A stretch of 64,000 nt of DNA from Chitinispirillum sp. (GCA_007115975.1 SKJJ01000134.1:52249-116248); one strand, 5' to 3'. Counted from the stretch's first letter, positions 41,129 to 50,980 are shown. Program-made: numbers and translations. The notes: generated by a model from the sequence alone, not told the origin.

Positions 41129-41986
41129 ATGTACAAGCAAAGTGTTGATTCCAAAAAGCTCAGCCCACTTGCAGAGACGCTTCTCAAACCCCGGTATCTT
41201 GCGCTCAAAAACTTCAAACCTAAAGTCAACATATTCATCGAAAAAGAGCGTTTTATCATTAAAACGGCCCAAAACCATGAGGATCTGGCTGCCATACTGC
41301 GTCTGAGATATGATATTTTCTACAGAGAGCTCCTTGAAAAAAAGTGCATCCTGACCGGTATAGATATTGACAAATTTGATTTTATCTGCGACCACCTCAT
41401 TATTATCGACAAAAAAACCAGCCGCTACATCGGAACCTACCGTCTCCTCTGTTCTCTTTTTTCAAAACGTTTCTACTCCGCTACCGAATTTGATCTCAAC
41501 TCAATCCTTGCCCTCCCAGGAGTAAAACTGGAGCTGGGAAGAGCATGTGTACACAAGGACTACCGAACCGGAAGCACCATAACCCACCTATGGCGTGGAA
41601 TATCAAGCTATATGAACGAGACCGGGACAAAATATCTCTTTGGTTGCTCCAGTGTAAAAAACCAGGACAAATCAGAGATTGCACGGATTTACCGCCATCT
41701 CAGTGACAATCACCTCACACCAGTTCACTACCGAGCATACCCAAAAAGAAAATTCAAAATCAAAAAGCTTCCGCAGATTCTCCAAACACTTGAACAGACC
41801 AGACCGGCTGATCAGGATGAATCAGTTGTTGAGCTTATTCCTGCTCTTTTAAAGTCCTACATCAATATGGGAGCTTTAGTATGCGGTGAACCGGCATACG
41901 ACAGAAAATTCAAATGCGCAGACTTTCTTACACTCTTTGACATCGAAAACTCAAGCCTTCAGGCTAAAAGAAAGTACCGGCTGTGA
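41129..41986 (+). CDS. GNAT-fold N-acyltransferase, OlsB/GlsB-like (lyso-aminolipid synthase)
   Basis: ATG at 41129, 8 nt after GGAGAA; the ORF-track start at 41057 would overlap the upstream gene. Size (~285 aa) and sequence style match the hemolysin-like OlsB N-acyltransferases. The stop overlaps the start of a PlsC-family gene. Confidence 0.65.
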   Translation: MYKQSVDSKKLSPLAETLLKPRYLALKNFKPKVNIFIEKERFIIKTAQNHEDLAAILRLRYDIFYRELLEKKCILTGIDIDKFDFICDHLIIIDKKTSRYIGTYRLLCSLFSKRFYSATEFDLNSILALPGVKLELGRACVHKDYRTGSTITHLWRGISSYMNETGTKYLFGCSSVKNQDKSEIARIYRHLSDNHLTPVHYRAYPKRKFKIKKLPQILQTLEQTRPADQDESVVELIPALLKSYINMGALVCGEPAYDRKFKCADFLTLFDIENSSLQAKRKYRL

Positions 41987-42747
41987 TCCCAACAACCATT
42001 AAAACAGTCGGTTTTTGTCTGTACATAACCCTTTTTTTACTCGTCTCATTTACCGCAGACCTTTTCCTTAGAAACCCTCTTCACCGAAGAAAAGTCTGCT
42101 TGAGAATTACATCATTGGCTGCAAAACTTGGATTGAAACTCTTTAATATCCGAGTCTCAGTCAAAGGAAAAGACAAACTCTCTTCCCTACCACAACCCTG
42201 CCTTGTGATAGCCAATCACCTCTCCTATCTTGACATCCTCATAATAGCATCCTGTCTGCCATCACTGTTTATAACATCAATAGAACTGAAAAAAACTTTT
42301 TTTCTGGGACTTGTATCCCGTATGGGAGGAAGCCTTTTTGTTGAAAGACGCAGTAAAACCAAACTGCTCCAAGAGATTGAAAATGTAGCAGCCGTAATCA
42401 AAAGCGGTATAAATGTGGTACTGTTTCCTGAAGGTACATCATCAAACGGAGATTCTGTTCTGCCTTTTAAAGCAGCTCTTTTCTCAAGTGCCACCTCGGC
42501 ACAGGTTGCGGTTCAGCCACTTTGCATTAAATACCATGCTATAGATGATAAACCAATTGATGCAGACAACCGTGATCTGGCCTACTATTACGGACACTTA
42601 CAATTTTTCCCTCACCTTCTAAAACTTTTAACCCTGAAATCCATTGATGTTCAGCTCACGGTGCTGGATAGTTTTACCCCCGGTGCTATGACCAGAAAAG
42701 AGATCGCGGACAGAGCAAGGGCTGCGATAATGGAGTGCTATCACTGA
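41983..42747 (+). CDS. Lysophospholipid (PlsC-family) O-acyltransferase, OlsA/GlsA-like
   Basis: HX4D motif NHLSYLD and a downstream FPEGT motif of the PlsC acyltransferase family. N-terminal TM anchor. Start overlaps the stop of the OlsB-like gene (ATGA). Confidence 0.75.
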   Translation: MIPTTIKTVGFCLYITLFLLVSFTADLFLRNPLHRRKVCLRITSLAAKLGLKLFNIRVSVKGKDKLSSLPQPCLVIANHLSYLDILIIASCLPSLFITSIELKKTFFLGLVSRMGGSLFVERRSKTKLLQEIENVAAVIKSGINVVLFPEGTSSNGDSVLPFKAALFSSATSAQVAVQPLCIKYHAIDDKPIDADNRDLAYYYGHLQFFPHLLKLLTLKSIDVQLTVLDSFTPGAMTRKEIADRARAAIMECYH

Positions 42748-42916
42748 AATAAAATAGGGGCTGTTTGGTTTAGACGTTGTCCGCTGAACAATTAATTTAT
42801 TAGATTATTGCTGATTTGAGTATAGAGGAGTAGATTTGATGGGATCAGGATAGGTGTATCATGCCAGCGCTATTGGTCATACCCGCGCAGGCAGGGCTAT
42901 CTTTTTCCGGATGCCT

Positions 42917-42945
42917 CCTATATCCCCCGAGGGGGGACTTGAAGA
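42917..42945 (-). repeat. Intergenic repeat family 1, copy A (reverse orientation: TCTTCAAGTCCCCCCTCGGGGGATATAGG)
   Basis: About 80% identical to the copies at 44934-44962 and 60283-60312. It contains a CCCC/GGGG hairpin core. Confidence 0.6.
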
Positions 42946-43161
42946 ACTTGCCCATGCTATAATTGTTATCACTTTTAGTGGTGGTAAGTGTCCGTGTCCG
43001 GAAGTCCCCCAGCGATAATGCTATTTGGCACAGAAATGCCAAGCTAACATTATCAATATTCCTTCCAAAGGGCATTTTTAAAAGAGATTGCCATTTCGCG
43101 GAATATAGGGGGATCTAGTGGGCTCTCTAGCGGGGCAAGCAAACAACCTTACATTAATATA

Positions 43162-44565
43162 ATGGAGAAAAATATGACTCAGTATGATTACGATGTTGTT
43201 GTTATAGGGGCTGGCCCCGGGGGCTATGTTGCTGCCATCAGGGCTTCACAACTACAAAATAAAGTCGCAATAGTTGAGCAGGGTAGACTTGGCGGTGTAT
43301 GCCTCAACATGGGCTGCATCCCATCAAAAGCGCTCATTCACCAGGCAGAAATTTTCAGAAACCGAACAAAACTCCAGGCCATGGGTGTCACCATTGATGA
43401 CACCGGCTTCAACTACGGAAACGTTTTCAGGGCCTCAAGGAAAGCCGCCGACATGCTCTCGGGCGGTGTCGCTTATCTGATGAAAAAAAACGGCATCGAA
43501 GTCATTTCCGCAAAAGCAACACTCTCCTCACAACACGAAGTCACCCTTGATGGAAGCAAAAAGATTTCGGCAGGCTCGATCATTCTGGCAACAGGATCCC
43601 GGCCCCGCCAGATAAGCGGCTTTGAGTTTGATGAAGAGAGCGTACTCTCTTCCGATGGCGCACTGATGCTTACCGAGGTACCACCGCGACTACTGATCCT
43701 GGGAGCAGGGGCTATCGGATGTGAATTCGCTCACATTCTAAACTCCTTTGGCTCTAAGGTACAGATGGTTGAAATGATGGACCGCATTCTTCCACTTGAA
43801 GACAAAGAGATCACCAAAGTGCTTCAACGCTCCTTCTCGAAAAGAGGCATAGAGATTCACCCCTCAACAAAAGCGCTTTCAATGCAGAAAACAGCCTCAG
43901 GAGTGGAAGTAAACCTCGAAAATGAAAACGGTGAGCAGCGATCAGTCACGGTTGACAAAGTTCTTGTGGTTGTTGGCCGTTCCCCCAACACCGACAATAT
44001 CGGGCTTGAACAGCTCGGTATACAAACTGAAAACGGGTTTATAATTACCGGTGATTATGGCCAAACCAGTATCAACACGATTTATGCCATTGGCGACATT
44101 GTTGCCTCCCCTCTGCTTGCCCATGTAGCATCAAGAGAGGGGGAAATCGCGGCAGAGCATATCGCCAACCACCAGACCACTGCCCGAATCGATCAGATGA
44201 AAATTCCCGGCGCGGTCTACTGTGAACCACAGGTCGCAAGTTTTGGACTTACCGAAGAAGCAGCAGTTAAAAACAGTATCGCTTTTAAAAAATCATCCTT
44301 TCCGTTCAGAGCAACAGGAAAAGCTGTTGCGGTGGGTGAAGTTGACGGGATGGTAAAGATCCTCTATGATGAAAAAAGCCACAAGATCCTTGGTGCCCAT
44401 GCTATTGGCCCACAGGCAACCGAATTGATCCACGAACTTCTGCTCGTTAAAAACAGCGGGCTTACTCTTGAAGCCATTGCAGATATGGTTCATGCTCATC
44501 CGACTCTCTCTGAAGCGGTCATGGAATCAGCCAAGCTGGCTCTGGGAAGGGCGATGCATGTCTAG
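43162..44565 (+). CDS. lpdA: Dihydrolipoyl dehydrogenase (E3 component)
   Basis: FAD motif VIGAGPGGY. Redox disulfide GGVCLNMGCIPSKAL. NAD motif LILGAGAIG. C-terminal HAHPTLSE His-Pro-Glu signature. Confidence 0.85.
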   Translation: MEKNMTQYDYDVVVIGAGPGGYVAAIRASQLQNKVAIVEQGRLGGVCLNMGCIPSKALIHQAEIFRNRTKLQAMGVTIDDTGFNYGNVFRASRKAADMLSGGVAYLMKKNGIEVISAKATLSSQHEVTLDGSKKISAGSIILATGSRPRQISGFEFDEESVLSSDGALMLTEVPPRLLILGAGAIGCEFAHILNSFGSKVQMVEMMDRILPLEDKEITKVLQRSFSKRGIEIHPSTKALSMQKTASGVEVNLENENGEQRSVTVDKVLVVVGRSPNTDNIGLEQLGIQTENGFIITGDYGQTSINTIYAIGDIVASPLLAHVASREGEIAAEHIANHQTTARIDQMKIPGAVYCEPQVASFGLTEEAAVKNSIAFKKSSFPFRATGKAVAVGEVDGMVKILYDEKSHKILGAHAIGPQATELIHELLLVKNSGLTLEAIADMVHAHPTLSEAVMESAKLALGRAMHV

Positions 44566-44703
44566 AAGAGGATACTTTTCTTTACCCTATTGTAACAAGT
44601 ACAATAAACGGGAAGTCTAAATGGTATTAGAAAATGGATGATGGATCCCCGCGCGATTGGGGGATTGATCACAATGCACTATTAATGATTGTTGTTATAC
44701 AGA

Positions 44704-44732
44704 TATTCCGTTCACCCTGAGCTCCCAGTCGA
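44704..44732 (-). repeat. Intergenic repeat family 2, copy 3 (reverse orientation)
   Basis: The reverse complement CGACTGGGAGCTCAGGGTGAACGGAATAT matches the family 2 consensus. Together with copy 2 at 44788-44814 it forms a long imperfect inverted repeat spanning about 44704-44814. Confidence 0.6.
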
Positions 44733-44787
44733 AGGGGTCCTGTTTTTCTAACAATAAAAAGGGGAACACTTCGACTGCTCCCGAAGA

Positions 44788-44814
44788 CGGGAGGGCTCAG
44801 TGTGAGCGGAGCAT
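44788..44814 (+). repeat. Intergenic repeat family 2, copy 2
   Basis: CGGGAGGGCTCAGTGTGAGCGGAGCAT. See copies 1 and 3. Confidence 0.6.
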
Positions 44815-44933
44815 GACCTAAGCATCTATATACTTTGTAACGTGTATTATGAACCAGCCCCTACGCCAGTGATAACGATTCCAAAAGGGCGGTTAGTAGT
44901 AGAAGCGCTGTTATTAATATAATGCGGCTTGGT

Positions 44934-44962
44934 CTTCAAGTCCCCCACGGGTGATTTAGGGG
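44934..44962 (+). repeat. Intergenic repeat family 1, copy B (TCTTCAAGTCCCCCACGGGTGATTTAGGGG)
   Basis: Lies 35 bp upstream of the TolC-like gene start. Matches the copies at 42917-42945 (reverse complement) and 60283-60312. Confidence 0.6.
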
Positions 44963-44996
44963 CTCACCACTCATAAACCTCAACCAACTATGAGCT

Positions 44997-46406
44997 ATGG
45001 CAAACAAACCACAAAAACACAATATCTCATTATTGCTTCTGCTGCTGGCAGCCGTCAGGTTTACCCCCTCTGCGGATCTTCTCTCCGAAAGAGATGCTGT
45101 TATAAAGGCCCTCTCCTCCACTACCGATATTCAGATCCAGAAGATCGAATCACAGAGAGACTCACTTACATTAAGAAGTGCACAATCGGCCACTCTTCCT
45201 CAGCTATCCATTAACATCAGCAGTCTTCTAAACGACTCCGCTACCCTTAATGTTGCAACCGGCACCCTCTCCCAATCCTTACCCGGCGGAGGAAGACTGT
45301 TTGGCACTGCAGAGCATCAGTTTGGAACTCAGTGGCACAGTTCATCAAATATGAGCAACACCAGATTTACAGTAGGAGTAGAACAGCCGCTATTGAAGAG
45401 TGCCTGGAGTCATGCGCCGGTCCGCACAGGCATAAAAATCACCTCTCTTAACAATGAGATTCTGTCCATTCAGCGGGAGCGCAGCATTCTTTCCGAACTT
45501 TCAAAAATAAGAAATCTTTACTGGAGCGTTTACGAGCAAAAGCAGTTGGAGCGAATCATTCAGAGCCGCCTTGACCAAACAAAAGAGCATTACATGACTG
45601 AGCAGCAAAGGTACAGGCTCGGTGAAGCATCACCGCTTGACACTCTCAGCGCTGCGCTTCAATATGTAAATGCCCAAAGAACTCTCCTGAGTTCACGCAA
45701 CACTGCCCGTAACACCCTTTTCAGACTGGCAAGTGCACTCCGCACCGATGTTGAATCAATCGTACTACCCGATTCTGCAGATCTCACTGTACCCGACATC
45801 CCAGAGCCACAACAGTTTATAGATCTTGCCCGGCGATATGATCCACAGATCCAAATACTCCAAAGGATGCAGGAACTTACAGCTTTGCAAGTCAGGCAGA
45901 GGCACAATAATCTGCTTCCGGAAATAAACGTTAGAACCTCCTACACTCATGAGCAAAGACGTCCTGACCCTTTCTACGATGACAACTTCTCATGGGGTAA
46001 TGGTTCAGTTCAGTTTGTTCTCAACTACTCTCTTCCCGCGGTTTCTGCCAGAGCCGAAAAACAGAAACAGGAGCTGTCATTGCTTATTAACGAGTACAAC
46101 ACCGAACAGCATAGTATCGATCAGGCATATTACCTGGAGGAATTACGCGAAAGGTGGCACCAGGACACCGTTCAGCTGGAATTTGCCGACCTCTCTGTTG
46201 AGCTGGCACAACAACAGTATGAAGCAGTGAAGCATGGATATGAACTTGGTACCGAAGATCGCTTGTCCCTTATAGCTGCTCAAAACGATTTGGCCGCAGC
46301 GAAGGTCTCCGCAATCCAGGCAAAAATCGAACTGAAACGTTTTCAAATAGTATTCGAAGAGATAACTGGAACCCTATTCGAGAGATTCGGAGTACAACTG
46401 CAATGA
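44997..46406 (+). CDS. TolC-family outer-membrane efflux protein
   Basis: Signal peptide. Two repeated coiled-coil/beta-barrel halves of about 200 aa, as in OEP/TolC. It is the first gene of an efflux operon. Confidence 0.75.
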   Translation: MANKPQKHNISLLLLLLAAVRFTPSADLLSERDAVIKALSSTTDIQIQKIESQRDSLTLRSAQSATLPQLSINISSLLNDSATLNVATGTLSQSLPGGGRLFGTAEHQFGTQWHSSSNMSNTRFTVGVEQPLLKSAWSHAPVRTGIKITSLNNEILSIQRERSILSELSKIRNLYWSVYEQKQLERIIQSRLDQTKEHYMTEQQRYRLGEASPLDTLSAALQYVNAQRTLLSSRNTARNTLFRLASALRTDVESIVLPDSADLTVPDIPEPQQFIDLARRYDPQIQILQRMQELTALQVRQRHNNLLPEINVRTSYTHEQRRPDPFYDDNFSWGNGSVQFVLNYSLPAVSARAEKQKQELSLLINEYNTEQHSIDQAYYLEELRERWHQDTVQLEFADLSVELAQQQYEAVKHGYELGTEDRLSLIAAQNDLAAAKVSAIQAKIELKRFQIVFEEITGTLFERFGVQLQ

Positions 46407-47515
46407 GAAAAATGACTTTTGGACTGTTTTTTGTACCCTTGACACTGTTCATTTCTTCATGCAGCTCAAATGAATTGGATGCGGTCCAGGAACGCCGGGC
46501 TACCGCCAAGCCAGCGCACCTCCGTGATGTGCTATCCAGAACCGGCCTCGTGCAACCCGTTGTCAATGTTGATCTGCAAAGCGAATCAAGTGGAAGGATC
46601 GAAAAGGTGACAGTTAACGAGGGACAGGAGATTTCACGGGGCGACACTATCATTGTTATCGATCCTTCACGTCTAAGGACTCAACGGGAAAAGATGTCAT
46701 TAAGTTTGCGAAGAGCTCAACTGGAGAAGCAAAGGGCATTGCGGGATTATGAAAACGCAACACAACTCACTTCAACCGGTTCTGTTTCACAGAGAAAGCT
46801 TCAGGATTTCAAGATCACCTATGACCTTGCGGAGATCAACTATCAGCAGCAGCGTCTTGAGCTCAGAGATATCAATGAACAGCTCGAAAAAACGGTGGTG
46901 ACCTCACCACTGGGCGGAGTTATCACAAGCCTGCTGGTTAAAGAGGGGGAGATCGCGGTTTCTGCAGTTTCCGGTTTCCAGAGCGGAACAGCAATAGGTA
47001 CCATAGCTGACATCAGGCAGCTTGAAGTGGTTACCTCTATCGGTGAGGTAGACTATGTGCATCTCAAAAAGGGGCAGCAAGTCAACATTCGGCCAGAAAC
47101 CTCCGAGGGTGCACAGACCAGAGGTTCCATTAGGTTTATATCCCTGAGTGCTCAGAGAAGAAATTCCGATGAGCTGGGGAGTTTCGAAGTAAGAGCGACG
47201 ATCGACTCTATCATTCCAGGGATTGCCCCCGGAATAAATGTCAACGTTGAATTTGTTATTCTTGATAAAAAAGTTGAAGTGGCTGTCCCCTACCACTTTG
47301 TTCGCACAGTTCGTGGCAAAGATATGGTTACCGTAGCCCGTAAGGATTCCGACGGAAACGAATATACCGAAGAGGTGGAAGTCACAACAGGAGCCACCGA
47401 TTACATACATTATGAGATTCTTTCCGGGATTTCTGCGGGGGAGGTGATAGTTTTCAGGCACGATCAATCAGCTCCCGGAAGAGCTGCTGGTGGTGGGATG
47501 GGCAGAAGGAGATAG
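46403..47515 (+). CDS. Periplasmic adaptor (membrane fusion protein, HlyD/MacA family) lipoprotein
   Basis: Lipobox FISSCSS. Biotinyl/lipoyl-like hairpin followed by coiled-coil and beta-barrel regions. Start overlaps the stop of the TolC-like gene. Confidence 0.8.
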   Translation: MRKMTFGLFFVPLTLFISSCSSNELDAVQERRATAKPAHLRDVLSRTGLVQPVVNVDLQSESSGRIEKVTVNEGQEISRGDTIIVIDPSRLRTQREKMSLSLRRAQLEKQRALRDYENATQLTSTGSVSQRKLQDFKITYDLAEINYQQQRLELRDINEQLEKTVVTSPLGGVITSLLVKEGEIAVSAVSGFQSGTAIGTIADIRQLEVVTSIGEVDYVHLKKGQQVNIRPETSEGAQTRGSIRFISLSAQRRNSDELGSFEVRATIDSIIPGIAPGINVNVEFVILDKKVEVAVPYHFVRTVRGKDMVTVARKDSDGNEYTEEVEVTTGATDYIHYEILSGISAGEVIVFRHDQSAPGRAAGGGMGRRR

Positions 47516-47526
47516 CCAGAACTATT

Positions 47527-48198
47527 ATGTCAAGTGTAATCGAAACCGATGACCTTTGCAAAAACTACCTTCTTGGCAAGCAGGTTGTACCGGTTCTTAA
47601 AAATGTAAACTTTACTGTTGGCAAAGGTGACTTTGTTGCTATCATGGGACACAGCGGTGCCGGAAAATCAACCCTTCTCAATATCCTTGGCTGCCTGGAC
47701 ACTCCATCATCAGGGATTTACAATATCACCGGGATTTCTGTTTCTACTTTAAGCCAAAGCAAACTTGCCCAAATCAGAGGCTCTCAGATTGGTTTTGTCT
47801 TTCAGAATTTTAACCTTCTGCCTAAACTTACCCTTTACCAGAATGTCGAGCTACCTCTGATTTACGGAAATGTAACTTTTTCAAAGCGCAAAAGCCGGGT
47901 TGAAAAAGTCCTTAAGCTTCTGGACATTTGGGATCGAAGGGATCATAAGCCCAATGAGCTCTCGGGCGGACAAAAACAGAGAGCAGCCATTGCCAGGGCA
48001 ATTGTAAAAAACCCATCGATCATTCTGGCTGATGAGCCAACCGGAAATCTCGATTCCCATACTACCAGTGAGATCCTCAATGTCTTCACCAGACTGCATC
48101 AGGAGGGTAATACCATACTGGTTATCACCCACGAACAGGAGGTGGCAGCCCGTGCACAAAAAGTCATCTACCTGGAAGACGGGAGAATCGCCGAGTGA
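47527..48198 (+). CDS. ABC transporter ATP-binding protein (MacB/LolD-type)
   Basis: Walker A GHSGAGKST, ABC signature LSGGQKQR, Walker B ILADEPTGNLD. Confidence 0.9.
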   Translation: MSSVIETDDLCKNYLLGKQVVPVLKNVNFTVGKGDFVAIMGHSGAGKSTLLNILGCLDTPSSGIYNITGISVSTLSQSKLAQIRGSQIGFVFQNFNLLPKLTLYQNVELPLIYGNVTFSKRKSRVEKVLKLLDIWDRRDHKPNELSGGQKQRAAIARAIVKNPSIILADEPTGNLDSHTTSEILNVFTRLHQEGNTILVITHEQEVAARAQKVIYLEDGRIAE

Positions 48199-49418
48199 AC
48201 ACCACGGGGATATACAGACTATTTTTTGTTAACCTTAAGCTCTGTCTTCTCGAACTGTGGTCAAATAAAACCCGATCATTTATCACCAGTTTGGGCATAT
48301 TTCTTGGGGTAACCAGTCTGCTTGTAAACATATCTTTTATCAGAGCCATGGAAGATAATGTCAGAGAAAACCTCAATGAGATCGGGGGACTCAGCATTCT
48401 TACTATCAGTACAAGAAATCCGGCTTCCGACCAGGAGAGAGTTCATTTTTCCAGATCACCCGGCCTCTCAACAGAAACGGTCGAAGCTGCTGCCGGACAG
48501 TTTGAGTATGTACAATCAGTTCTTCCTCAAAAGGAGTTCCGCAACCGTATCAGCACATCATCAAGAAGCGGATGGGGCAGAATAACTGCCATCAGTCCCG
48601 ATCACTTTCGCGTATACAACTACGAATTGTCTGCCGGAGAGCAGTTCACACAGATGCACCATCAGCGGGGTGAGGCTGTGTGTGTCATCGGAAGCCGAAT
48701 TGCAGAGCACTATTTTGGAAGCACAGAACGCTCTGTTGGTAGAAGTATTCAGATCAACGGTGTACCATTCAGAGTTATTGGGCACATTCATACCGAGAAC
48801 AACAGGTCCTGGCGGGCACGACAGGTACTCATCCCCTTCTCATCCTACCTCTATCAGTTCTCCAGGGCAACAGAGGATCTGAGCGAAATAGCCGTTGAGC
48901 TTGAGAGTGTGGATGATGTACCAAAAGCTCTGATTGATTTAAGATACGCTCTCAAGGCACTCCACAGAGGGGTTGAAGATTTTGATATCACCTCCAATGA
49001 TGTTGAGATTCAGGAGATGCGCACTGCATCACGGGGATTGAGAATCATTCTTGGAGGTGTTGCTGCGATCTCTTTGATTGTGGGTGGAATCAGCATCATG
49101 AATATTATGTTTGCAACTATCGGAGACCGGATAAGAGAAATTGGGGTTCGTAAAGCTCTTGGGGCAAGGCGATCGGACCTGTTTACGCAGTTTATCATTG
49201 AGGCGGTGACCTTTTCATTGGCAGGTGGATTTCTTGGTATTGTAGCCGCAACGATTATCACCCTGCTTCCTTCAGAGCTGTTTCCCATTCGTCCTCAACT
49301 CACTCCCGCCGATTACCTTATAGCCGTTACATTTACAGCAACAGCAGGCTTAATCAGCGGACTGTTTCCGGCTCTGCGCGCAGCAAAAATGGAACCGGTC
49401 GAGGCTTTGAGGTACTGA
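48195..49418 (+). CDS. ABC transporter permease, FtsX/MacB-type (4 TM + large periplasmic domain)
   Basis: N-terminal TM, then a ~230 aa periplasmic domain, then the FtsX C-terminal TM bundle (GIRKALGA motif). Start overlaps the stop of the ATPase gene. Confidence 0.8.
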   Translation: MNTTGIYRLFFVNLKLCLLELWSNKTRSFITSLGIFLGVTSLLVNISFIRAMEDNVRENLNEIGGLSILTISTRNPASDQERVHFSRSPGLSTETVEAAAGQFEYVQSVLPQKEFRNRISTSSRSGWGRITAISPDHFRVYNYELSAGEQFTQMHHQRGEAVCVIGSRIAEHYFGSTERSVGRSIQINGVPFRVIGHIHTENNRSWRARQVLIPFSSYLYQFSRATEDLSEIAVELESVDDVPKALIDLRYALKALHRGVEDFDITSNDVEIQEMRTASRGLRIILGGVAAISLIVGGISIMNIMFATIGDRIREIGVRKALGARRSDLFTQFIIEAVTFSLAGGFLGIVAATIITLLPSELFPIRPQLTPADYLIAVTFTATAGLISGLFPALRAAKMEPVEALRY

Positions 49419-49419
49419 T

Positions 49420-50709
49420 ATGAAAAAAGTTTATCTCTTTTCTCCACAACTTTTTATCTCTCTTATGCAATCGGTTTTTGTGGGGTCAAGAGCTGCAATG
49501 ATCGAAATGTCAACCAACAAGCTGCGCTCCATTCTCTCCATACTTGGTGTGATGCTCGGGGTGACATCCCTTGTTGTCATGCTGACTCTTATTGGAGGCA
49601 TCGACACCTATCTCAATGAAAGAATGGTTAACTGGATAGGCAACGTGTGGTTCTGGGAAAGCCGTGACCTTCCTGAAGAGCAACAAATTACCGCATCCCG
49701 TTCGCCCGGCATGAGATTTTCTGATTGCCAGTACCTGCTAGACAATTCAGAAGACGTACGGTACGTTCACATGGAAATATACCGGTGGGGACACATTCAT
49801 CACAGAGCGACAAGTGAAAATGTTATGGTCAGAGGTCTTGACCAATCAACAATGGAACTGCAGTTTGATCAGATTCAACTGCGTGAAGGGAGATGGCTGA
49901 CCGGGGAGGACCACAGAGACGGCTCTAAAAACGGGGTCTTATCCTGGGAAATTGCCGAGAACTTTTCAAGAGAACACAACTACAGTAATGTTAGTGAGCT
50001 TCTTGGTGAAACCTTTACCTTCCGTTCCAATCGGTTTACAGTTGTGGGAGTTTTTGAACCTATACACACCGGACACCGCCCCTGGAACCTTCGACGGGGT
50101 GCTTTTATTCCCCTGCGAACAATGCAGCGCTACATCACCGGTTTTGATCCAGACCCAGGCAGATTGCAGGTGAATATGAATGATCCAACAAATATCGCTC
50201 ATCAAGCTGAAGATGTAGCCATTCTGCTTAAGGGGCGCCACAGAGGTGTTCAGGATTTTGAATACCGTACAGCCGACTGGGTTGAAAATGTCCAGACCAT
50301 GCTTGGCAACATCAGTATTCTCATGTCGGTTATTTCGGTGATGGCTCTTCTGACCGGGGGGCTGAGTATCATGAATGTGATGCTTTCAAGTATCTCCGAA
50401 AGAATAAGAGAGATTGGAGTGCGTAAAGCTCTGGGAGCGGGTAACCTTCAGATTTTCATCCAGTTCATTGCAGAAACCACAACCCTCAGTTTTGCAGGCG
50501 GGGCTATTGGAGTAGTATTTGGGACAGTACCGCTGTTTTTCAAAGAGGCTATTATGGAGTCGACTCAAGGAGCAATAGAGCCAACACTTCTGCCGCTGCA
50601 TCTTTTCTATACTTTTATTATTATTACTTTAGTGGGAGTAATCTTCGGGCTGTATCCTGCACTGAAGGCATCGAGGATGGATCCGGTGGATGCGTTGAGG
50701 TATGAGTGA
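49420..50709 (+). CDS. Second FtsX/MacB-type ABC permease
   Basis: Same architecture as the preceding permease (GVRKALGA motif). Its start may be an internal Met near 49498. Confidence 0.8.
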   Translation: MKKVYLFSPQLFISLMQSVFVGSRAAMIEMSTNKLRSILSILGVMLGVTSLVVMLTLIGGIDTYLNERMVNWIGNVWFWESRDLPEEQQITASRSPGMRFSDCQYLLDNSEDVRYVHMEIYRWGHIHHRATSENVMVRGLDQSTMELQFDQIQLREGRWLTGEDHRDGSKNGVLSWEIAENFSREHNYSNVSELLGETFTFRSNRFTVVGVFEPIHTGHRPWNLRRGAFIPLRTMQRYITGFDPDPGRLQVNMNDPTNIAHQAEDVAILLKGRHRGVQDFEYRTADWVENVQTMLGNISILMSVISVMALLTGGLSIMNVMLSSISERIREIGVRKALGAGNLQIFIQFIAETTTLSFAGGAIGVVFGTVPLFFKEAIMESTQGAIEPTLLPLHLFYTFIIITLVGVIFGLYPALKASRMDPVDALRYE

Positions 50710-50879
50710 GGGGTTGGGGAAAGATCTGTTTGTAAATTTTGAAGATTTGAGTACAGTAGGGGCATGCCCGCTGTATCGGTTAAAAAAAAGTTATATAGCA
50801 AAGCTCCCCGAGTAGCAGGTCCGCCTGCTCTATCGAGGGAAGACCTGCTACAAACCAAATTTTTCTTCCCCCCAACCCC
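50710..50879. other. Nested-palindrome structured element (possible sRNA/complex terminator/REP-like)
   Basis: Outer arms GGGGTTGGGG (50710-50719) and CCCCAACCCC (50870-50879). Inner perfect palindrome GGGCATGCCC (50760-50769). Inverted repeat GTAGCAGGTC (50812-50821) / GACCTGCTAC (50842-50851). Confidence 0.4.
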
Positions 50880-50980
50880 GCCACTCGCGGATTTAGACCG
50901 CTAACCTAGCATCAGCACCTTAATTTGCTACAGCACTTGGTGAGGAATTAATTTATCTGGTTCAAAAGGAGCTATAAAAA

